Source: an uncultured Candidatus Rokubacteria bacterium (GTDB taxonomy: Bacteria; Methylomirabilota; Methylomirabilia; Rokubacteriales; CSP1-6). From it: a stretch of DNA of 64,000 nt. Where the stretch lies: assembly GCA_963747235.1 (NCBI GenBank), contig CAVVEU010000029.1, forward strand, positions 198,328-262,327, written 5' to 3'. This document shows positions 46,995 through 54,068 of this stretch, piece by piece; position 1 is the stretch's first letter, and each line of letters begins with the position of its first letter. The notes under the pieces were generated by a model. That model was not told where the DNA came from. It did no database searches and saw only the letters and a list, made by a program, of their open reading frames with translations. The position numbers and the translations under genes were made by a program.

Positions 46995-47170
46995 CTGGAC
47001 GTCCTCGGCGACCCACTCGGCGCCTCGCAGCCAGGCGCTCACGATGACGCGCACGCCCTCGGCCAGGCCCTCCGGCCGCACCCGGGACGAGACGACGATG
47101 CGGGTGTCACGCCGAGAACGATGAACCCCTCGCCGACCTCGTGAACCGTACCACTCAGAACATTCGGCAT
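46983..47170 (-). CDS. Small OB-fold-like protein (DUF5666/DUF1344-like), frameshift ~47110
   Basis: MPNVLSGTVHEVGEGFIVLG/RDTRIVVSSRVRPEGLAEGVRVIVSAWLRGAEWVAEDVQLAR; SD GGGAG; paralogue at 48486. Confidence 0.6.
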
Positions 47171-47282
47171 GCTCCAAGTCTCCCTCTGGAGACCGCGACA
47201 GTCGATTGGACCTTGGCCCCTACCAGCGGGAGGGTATTGCCCCTACGAGGGTGTTATCGAGTAACTCTGGCCCTGACGTCGT

Positions 47283-47900
47283 CTACGCCGGCTCCGGAAG
47301 TCTCGCGGCCGGACGATCGTCCACCGGCCTCCCGACCGTCAGCGCCCGCCGAAGTGTCGGATCGAGATCGTTGAAGCTCGAATCCGGCTGCACGCCGAGC
47401 GCGTCGAGGAGCTTGCTGAAGAAGCACCGAGCGGCCGCCGCGGCGGCCAGATCGAAGATCTGCTCGTCCCGGTAGCCGTGAGACCGGAGGACCTCGATGT
47501 CGGCGGACGTGATCTGATCCGCGCTGCGGGCGATCTTCTCCGCGAACGCCATGAGGGCGCGCTCGGCGGGATCGAGCGGGGACCCGGCGGCATCCGTGGC
47601 GATCCCGGCCACCGTCGCCGCGTCGAACACCTTCTCGGCCAGCACGCTCCCGTGGGCCAGGGCGCAGTAGGAGCTTCCGAGCGCGCGGGCGGCGGCCAGC
47701 GTGGCGAGCTCGTAGCTCCGGACCGGGAGATTGCGCTGGATGGAGCTCAGGAGCGCGCCCCAGCCGTCCCGCACCTCCGGCCGAAGGCTGAAGGCCTGCG
47801 CCCAGTTCGGCACGTAGCCGGATCGCTTCTGCGCCTGCTCGTACATCTCCCGGACCGGCCCCTCCGCCTCGGACGGCGGAATCGTGCGAATGAACGCCAT
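47283..47900 (-). CDS. Carboxymuconolactone decarboxylase/AhpD-like protein
   Basis: 'GYVPNW', 'SSYCALAHG', 'AFAEKIA', 'GY.DEQIFD'. Confidence 0.8.
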   Translation of the reverse strand: MAFIRTIPPSEAEGPVREMYEQAQKRSGYVPNWAQAFSLRPEVRDGWGALLSSIQRNLPVRSYELATLAAARALGSSYCALAHGSVLAEKVFDAATVAGIATDAAGSPLDPAERALMAFAEKIARSADQITSADIEVLRSHGYRDEQIFDLAAAAAARCFFSKLLDALGVQPDSSFNDLDPTLRRALTVGRPVDDRPAARLPEPA

Positions 47901-47901
47901 G

Positions 47902-48400
47902 TCAGGTCTCCTCGCGCGCTTTGCGTCCCGGCCGGGTTGGTCCGATCATGCGCCGCCAGGATCTCGTCCAGGTCCTCTCGAGGGAATGGCTTGTTCAGCA
48001 GAGGAGCCCCCACGTCCTGAATGAACTGCGCATACTCATCGACCTGCAGGTGGGCGGTCATGAACACGATCCGCTCGACGAGGTCCGGATGCGCGGCTCG
48101 CACCTCCCGGTAGAATGCCGGCCCGTCCATCGTCGGCATCCGGAGGTCGCAGAGGATCAAATCGTACACGTCGGCGCGGATTCGTTCGAGCGCCTCCTCT
48201 CCATTGGAGACGGTCTGGACCTGGCAGACTCGATTGCGCCGGACCAGATGGGCGACGAGGTCACGGAGGAGCATATCGTCGTCAACCACAAGGACGCGCG
48301 GACCTTTGAAACAAGGCACGTGAACGTCACCGTCCGGGCGGCGATAGCGTGGTTCACCATCCGCAAAACGCTGGCCACAGATCGGACAGAGGTCGGTCAT
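47902..48400 (-). CDS. Response regulator with N-terminal CxxC..HxxC zinc finger (3' frameshift)
   Basis: 'CPICGQRF...DVHVPCF' then REC 'VLVVDDD','LCDLRMP','NKPF'. Confidence 0.75.
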
Positions 48401-48485
48401 CGATTCGTCGACCCACACTCTAGCTCGCACCGCCTTCGACCACAATCAGCGCATGAAGCTCCGACGGGCAGAGAGTTCCCCCTGG

Positions 48486-48680
48486 TCAGCCGCAGATGAT
48501 GCTCTGAATCAGCATTCCGTCACCCCGATCGTTGCGGGTGTAGCGGAGCGTTATCCGGCTCCCAGGGGCAATCCTCGGGGGAACCAGTCCCGGCGCGAAC
48601 TGGATGCTGGTGTCATCGACCAGGACGACGTGGTCATGGTGCAGCTCCTTCAGGATGGCCACGATCGCTCCGGAGACCAT
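48486..48680 (-). CDS. Small OB-fold-like protein, paralogue of 46983..47170
   Basis: MVSGAIVAILKELHHDHVVLVDDTSIQFAPGLVPPRIAPGSRITLRYTRNDRGDGMLIQSIICG; shared leader. Confidence 0.6.
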   Translation of the reverse strand: MVSGAIVAILKELHHDHVVLVDDTSIQFAPGLVPPRIAPGSRITLRYTRNDRGDGMLIQSIICG

Positions 48681-48760
48681 GTCTTGAAAGTGTCCCTTTG
48701 GAGACAGCAAGTCTATTGGACTTAAGGAGTAGGAGAGCCGCCGAGGGGTCACTGACCAGG

Positions 48761-48994
48761 CTACTTCTTCCCCGCTGGCGCCAGCGCCCGCTCATAGCCC
48801 TGGCGCTCGTAGTCCGCGATGCAGTCCTTCTGGCCTCGATAGCCGTCACCGCCGATGAACCGTCGATAGCCTTCGGCACATTGCGCGATCTCGTGTGTCT
48901 GGGGATGCTGCATCATCACTGTCTCCGTCGTCGCGCAACCGGACGTGATGAACGTGAGGACGGCAGCCGCCATGACCCGCGCGGGGCCCGTCAT
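48761..48994 (-). CDS. Small lipoprotein with Cys pair
   Basis: 'AAVLTFITSG^CATTETVMMQHPQTHEIAQC...KDCIADYERQGYER'. Confidence 0.65.
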   Translation of the reverse strand: MTGPARVMAAAVLTFITSGCATTETVMMQHPQTHEIAQCAEGYRRFIGGDGYRGQKDCIADYERQGYERALAPAGKK

Positions 48995-49005
48995 CCTTGG
49001 CCGGC

Positions 49006-49999
49006 TCACTCGATCACCTGATCGGCTCGCTGCAGAAGCAACCGCGGGATCGTCAGGTCGAGAACCGTGGCGGTCTTGAGGTTGATCACCAGATCGACCT
49101 TGGTGGGCTGCTCGATGGGCAGATCGCCCGGCTTTGCGCCTTTCAGGATCTTGTCGACGAAGGCCGCCGACGCGCGCCAGATCGCACGGAGATCCGGGCC
49201 ATACGATGCCAATCCGCCAACCTGAGCGTAAACGTCGCTGGGGATACATGGCGGGCAGTCGGTACTTGGCGATCGGCTCCACGATCCGTCGGGGATGCGG
49301 ATCAAACGCTACGCCGGCATTCACGAGTACCCCACCCGCCCGCGCTTTCGCCGCCGACCTAACAACCTTCTCGGCTTCGCCAGCATCCCGGACCGGGAGC
49401 GAGAGTAGCTTCCACCGTCGCTCACGGGCGGCGGTATCGAGCACGTCCCATACTTGCGGGGAGGCCTGATCCCATATGACCGCTACGGTCCCCGCAAACG
49501 GAACCACTTCCTTCAGCAGATCGAGCCGTCTTACCACCAGGTCCACGACCTGAAAGCTCAGCCCCGTGAAGTTCCCGCCCGGGCGAGCGAGACTCTTGGC
49601 GTAACCAGCCCCCACCGGATCAGGCATGCCAGGAACGACGATCGGGATCGCCGACGTGGCCTGCTTGAGCGCGGGTAGCGCGGCGCCGACGGAGACGATC
49701 ACGTCCACCTGCAGACGGACCAATTCGTCGGCAACACCGGGTAGGCGCTCCGGCCTGCCTTCGGCTCCACGGGGCTCCGTCACGAAATGCTGCCCGTACA
49801 CATAGCCGCGTTCGCGCAATCCATCCAACAGGGCCTTGATGTATACGTACGGCGGATCTGGTCCGACCATGTCGCCGGTCGTGGGAGCGAAACCAATCAC
49901 GCCGATCCGCCACACCTTCTCCGCCGTCTGCGCCTCGGCGCCGAGCGGCGCGAGCACGCCACCGGCCATGGCGTGGAGAAGGGTCCGCCGGCTGATCAC
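49006..49999 (-). CDS. ABC substrate-binding protein (PF04392-type), frameshift ~49240
   Basis: 'MISRRTLL', 'SLARPGGNFTG', 'VDKILKGAKPGDLPIEQPTK', 'LLQRADQVIE'. Confidence 0.88.
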
Positions 50000-50038
50000 T
50001 CGATCACCTGGTCGGCCCGCTGCAGGAGCGACGGGGCG
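49996..50038 (-). pseudogene. 3'-terminal remnant of a second PF04392 SBP
   Basis: 'PSLLQRADQVIE*' overlapping the next start; similarity ends abruptly ~50038. Confidence 0.65.
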
Positions 50039-50073
50039 GTGTTGCGGATGTTTCTGTCCTTTTCTGCATCATG

Positions 50074-50096
50074 TGGAAGAACGATGGTGACCCCGG
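50074..50096 (-). mobile_element. att scar 1: copy of tRNA-Glu 3' end
   Basis: TGGAAGAACGATGGTGACCCCGG matches 53912-53934 at 21/23. Confidence 0.7.
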
Positions 50097-50413
50097 GGAA
50101 TTTCGCGCCGTGGTGCGGCTTCGAGTTCACCGGGGTGGCTGTCGCGTAGGATGGCATAGAATCAGCCTCGCGGGCTAGCTCCGGGTAGGTCCCGGGGTGA
50201 CAAGGCGGCTCCCCTGGCCGCCGCCCGCGATCTGTGGAGAGGGAGACCTGGCTCACCCGCCTCGAGGGCCTCGACGGTGGGCGGGCGTGACTCTGGCATG
50301 GCAGCTTCACGAGGCGACGTTGTGACGGGCCGTGCTCCTCGCAGAGGACCTCTGCGCCGGCCCGATAGCCGCATTGGCGCAAGCAGCCAACGCTGCCCTT
50401 CAGGCGACCGGGT

Positions 50414-50826
50414 ATGTGCTCACTTGACGACGCCCGTATGGGTCGGTCCGAGACGATGCATCACCTAAAGACCATGGTGGAGCCGTTCATCTACGTTCAC
50501 GTCGTCAGAAGCGATCCGAGCGAGGCGACAGCGAACCGGATCATGGCCGAGCGGCGAAAGGTATCGAGCGGATCGGCCGCACCACCCTTGAGGTCCTGCC
50601 GACTCAGAATAGTCTCGGGCTGCGAAAGTGGTACGACACGGTATATACCGCAGCGTGCGAACCCGCCCACATCACCGACCTCTTGGACTTTATGCCTACG
50701 ATAGAAATCGTGCTGCAAGTGGGGCGGGGGGACCACCCCCGGATGCCAGAGGTTTCTCCGGACCCCTCCGCGTGCGGGTCAGCGAGGGTGCGGCCGGTGC
50801 CCCGTGCCCGCCGGTCCCGGATCTGA
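50414..50826 (+). pseudogene. Degraded DUF5677-like gene
   Basis: 'LKTMVEPFIYVHVVRSDPSE' then, after a frameshift, 'KWYDTVYTAACEPAHITDL'; family call from motif resemblance only. Confidence 0.3.
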
Positions 50827-50892
50827 TAGACTGCCGATCCACGGCACGCCTGAGGAGAAGCCAGAGCGCGCGCGTCCCGGAAGGCCTCACTG

Positions 50893-51171
50893 GTGAGTAC
50901 GCTGGCCCTCTTCGCGGTTGCCGCTCTCACCTTCAGCATCCTCGCCGGCGTGATCGAAGGGCTGGGGGCTCGCCGGCGCCGGCGCCGGCTTCAGGGGAAA
51001 GGCTCACCGGTGCTCCATCCGCTGGCCCGTCACGGCCTCCGTCGCGTCCGGCATCCACTCTCCAGGCGCGCGCTCCATCACGTCGGGCTATTCTTCGGTT
51101 TCTTGCTCGCGACGTACCTCGGCGTCCTGTTGCTGAGAGTTGTACACGGCGTCGTCGCTAGCTGGTTCTAG
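50893..51171 (+). CDS. Small two-TM membrane protein
   Basis: Two hydrophobic segments separated by an Arg-rich loop. Confidence 0.5.
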   Translation: MSTLALFAVAALTFSILAGVIEGLGARRRRRRLQGKGSPVLHPLARHGLRRVRHPLSRRALHHVGLFFGFLLATYLGVLLLRVVHGVVASWF

Positions 51172-51422
51172 GAAGCGTTGAGGGCCGAGGGCTCAGCTTA
51201 CGTCGAGGGCCGGCTCCTGGCTTGCCGCAGGGCAGAAGCGCAGAGCTCTTCGGTGAGGTTGTCGCTCCGGCGAACGGGGATGAAATGTGTCCCTCGGCGC
51301 CAGAGGTCGACTCGCTTGAGCTGGGTGAGCCGCATCCCCAACGGCCTGCTCAAGTCTCTTCGCCGCGGGCGCTGCTAGTATTCCGCTGCCATTCCGCCTG
51401 CCATTTCGGTGTCCGAAAGAAG

Positions 51423-51434
51423 TGGTGACCCCGG
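51423..51434 (-). mobile_element. att scar 2: copy of tRNA-Glu 3' end
   Basis: TGGTGACCCCGG identical to 53923-53934, followed by a frame homologous to that after scar 1. Confidence 0.65.
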
Positions 51435-51463
51435 GGGGTTATTCCGAGGGTTGGAACGCGTCG

Positions 51464-52353
51464 CTATCGTTTAGCATCGCGGGCGTCGCGCTCGCAGCCT
51501 GACCCCTGCGGGGCGGCTCCCGCGTCATCTCCGGCCCGGCAGATGATCTCCGTCGGCGAGATGAGGCCGGCCTCGATAGCGCTCACCATGTTGGCGATCT
51601 TCTGGGGGGTCGTCGCACCCATGAGGAGATGCAGCCCGAGGGGCGGCGCGCCGCTCTGCGTGATGCGCGCGCGCAGTTCCCGGAAGAACGTGATCGCGAA
51701 CTCGCGGCGGCTGCGCTGGGCGAGCACCTCGAAGCCCGCGGCGGCCAGTAGCCGGGCGTAGGTCGCGCTCGATTCGACGAAGCTCGTCTCCGAGCTCCCG
51801 GCCCACGGCACCGGGTAGGCGAGGGCGCCCTCACCCTCCCGCATCACGTCGTAGACGCCGAACACCCCCCGCGGCTTGAGCACCTGTCGCACCTGTGCGA
51901 ACAGAGCGGCTTTGTCGGCGATGTTCATCCCGACGTGGAGCATGTAGGCGCCGTCGAAGGTACCAGCGGGGAAAAGCAGGGGAGCGCGCTGCCGTGCCGG
52001 TACGAAACCCGGCCGGCGAGGCCGGTCCGCTCCGACAGCGCCTGCGCGACCCGGACGTATTCCTCGGTGAGGTCGATGCCGGTGACCGTGCAGCCAAGCA
52101 CGTGCGCGAAGTAACGAGAGGCCCCGCCGAGCCCCGAGCCGATGTCGAGCAGGTGCATGCCCCGGGTAACGCGAAGCTCGGCGGCGAAGTCGACCGTCGC
52201 CTGGCGGCCGCCAATGTGGAACTCGTCCACCGGGGCGAGATCGCCTGGCTCGAGCCGGTCTGGGTCCTTGCCCGCCCCCCGGAGCGCGTCGAAAACCGTA
52301 CGCTCGAGGGCCCCGTGCGTGTAATGCTGCGCCACTGTTCCTTCGGTTCCCAT
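51464..52353 (-). CDS. Class I SAM-dependent methyltransferase, frameshift ~51975, 3' end uncertain
   Basis: 'DEFHIGG', 'LLDIGSGLGG', 'GIDLT', 'HVGMNI.DK', 'LKPRGVF'. Confidence 0.85.
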
Positions 52354-52470
52354 GAACTCCCCCGTTAGCTGATACGTCGCAATCCTAGCCAGCCACCGCA
52401 CTCCTGGCAACCGCCCCGGCCCGATTCCTGGGTGAAGTCTGGGTAACCGAAAGGGACTAGCGGCTGCTAC

Positions 52471-52516
52471 GTGACCCGGCGAGATTCGAACCCGCGATCT
52501 CGACCTTGAAAGGGTC
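52471..52516 (-). mobile_element. att scar 3: duplicated 3' half of tRNA-Glu up to the anticodon arm (attR-like)
   Basis: GTGACCCGGCGAGATTCGAACCCGCGATCTCGACCTTGAAAGGGTC vs 53925-53971 (one substitution, one gap). Confidence 0.85.
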
Positions 52517-52608
52517 TCAGCGTCGCCTTTGACGGCGTGGAGTTACGGACTCGCTGCCACCGCTCGCTGTCACGGCAGCCGAGGAGCGAGGCAGAGTCTG
52601 GCGCTGCA

Positions 52609-53631
52609 TTACGTAGGGGCACCTTCGAGGATGGTGTTGGGCGATGCCGTGGCGATAACGTTGGTCAGTCTCAGGCCCGCGGCTGCGAACAGGTCGCGGA
52701 ACTCGGCTTCGGTACGGATGCGGCCGCCCTCGTTGTTGAGCAACATCAGGATGTCGAAGGCCCTCGCGGGGCTCGCGTCGTTGCGCGGGGGCATAACCAT
52801 CTCGATCACTAGAACCCTGCCGCCCGTCGGCAGCGCCGCGGCGCAGTTCCGCAGGACCCGGATTGCCTGCTCATCGCCCAAGATCATTAGCACCCGCTTC
52901 ATGACGTAGACGTCGGCGCCGCCGGGGACCTCCTCCAGCATGTCGCCGCCGACGACGTCGCAGCGGTCGGATACGCCGGCGGCCTCGAGCGGAGCGAGGT
53001 GTGCCACGACCTTAGGGACGTCGAGTAGGATGCCTCGCAGCGACGCGTTCGCTCGCAGGATCGCAGCCAACGTCGAGCCCTGGCCGCCTCCAACGTCCGC
53101 CACGATCCGGGACGGCGAAAAGTCGTATGCCGCGACGATCGCCGCATTGTGCTGGTCGGACTGCGTGGTCATCCAGCGGTCGAACGTCGCCCCGAGCCGG
53201 GGGTTGCGGGCCATGTAGTCGTAGATGGGCAGGCCGTGCGCAAGCACGAAGCCCGGCTGTCCGGTCGTGATCGTGTCGCGCAGCCGACCGCAGGCCTCCC
53301 AGATCTCGGGTGCGCCCATGACCAGGGCCCAATCTCGGACAGAGTCTGGCCCCTCGCTGCGCAGTGTAGCCCCGAGGGAAGTAAGAGCGAAGCTCCCGTC
53401 GGCCTCCTCGTGGAACACCCCCGAGCCGGCCAGCATGCGCAGGAGGCGGTATAGCGATGGCCGGTGCGCGCCCGTGCCGACGGCCAGCTCGTCGACGGTC
53501 GCCGATCGGTCGGCCAGCAAGTCTGCAATGCCGAGCGTGGCGGCGACGTGGAGCGCCTGCACCGTGAGGACGGCGTTCAGCAGGTGTAGCATCCGAGATG
53601 CCGAGTCACCAGGCCGGTCCATATCATTCAC
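52609..53631 (-). CDS. O-methyltransferase (dimerisation + Methyltransf_2 domain)
   Basis: 'LGIADLL', 'LYRLLRML', 'DVGGGQG', 'GGDM', 'GRIRTEAEF'. Confidence 0.9.
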   Translation of the reverse strand: MNDMDRPGDSASRMLHLLNAVLTVQALHVAATLGIADLLADRSATVDELAVGTGAHRPSLYRLLRMLAGSGVFHEEADGSFALTSLGATLRSEGPDSVRDWALVMGAPEIWEACGRLRDTITTGQPGFVLAHGLPIYDYMARNPRLGATFDRWMTTQSDQHNAAIVAAYDFSPSRIVADVGGGQGSTLAAILRANASLRGILLDVPKVVAHLAPLEAAGVSDRCDVVGGDMLEEVPGGADVYVMKRVLMILGDEQAIRVLRNCAAALPTGGRVLVIEMVMPPRNDASPARAFDILMLLNNEGGRIRTEAEFRDLFAAAGLRLTNVIATASPNTILEGAPT

Positions 53632-53922
53632 CGTCCTCGGTACTCCTTCCCGGCGCGCGCCGTAATGGCGTGAGCGTCGGGCCCGGCGCAGGCGTCGAGA
53701 CTTCTGCTCCGCTGACCGCCTCCGCGGCTGCCCTGAGCGTCAGATGCTCGATCTCTTCGCCATGCTCAGGCATCACGTCCTCCTCCGGCTTGGGCTCGCC
53801 TTCATCCGCTACACCACCTGCTACACCAATCGTGTCCAGAATGGGGTATTTCGCGACCTTTGCCGTCCTGAGAGCAACGCACCGAAACGCGCTAGAAATA
53901 GCGAAAGTCGTTGGAAAAGCGA

Positions 53923-54001
53923 TGGTGACCCCGGCGGGATTCGAACCCGCGATCTCGACCTTGAAAGGGTCGCGTCCTTGGCCAGGCTAGACGACGGGGT
54001 C
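53923..54001 (-). tRNA. tRNA-Glu(TTC)
   Basis: GACCCCG..CGACC-CTTTCAA-GGTCG..GCGGGTTCGAATCCCGC-CGGGGTC-ACCA cloverleaf. Confidence 0.97.
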
Positions 54002-54068
54002 CCTGGGCCTATCGTGGAAGGAACAGCGGCATGATAGCAGGGCGCCCGGGGCGCGACAACAAGACGGG

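Noticed and set aside
50152-50167. TGGCATAGAATCAGCC as a sigma54 site
   Set aside because: Poor -12 element and no clear downstream gene
51324-51332. GGTGAGCCG matching the tRNA-Lys 3' end
   Set aside because: Only 9 bp in GC-rich DNA; no other att evidence
52471-52516. Second functional tRNA-Glu
   Set aside because: Lacks the 5' half and CCA; it is an att duplicate
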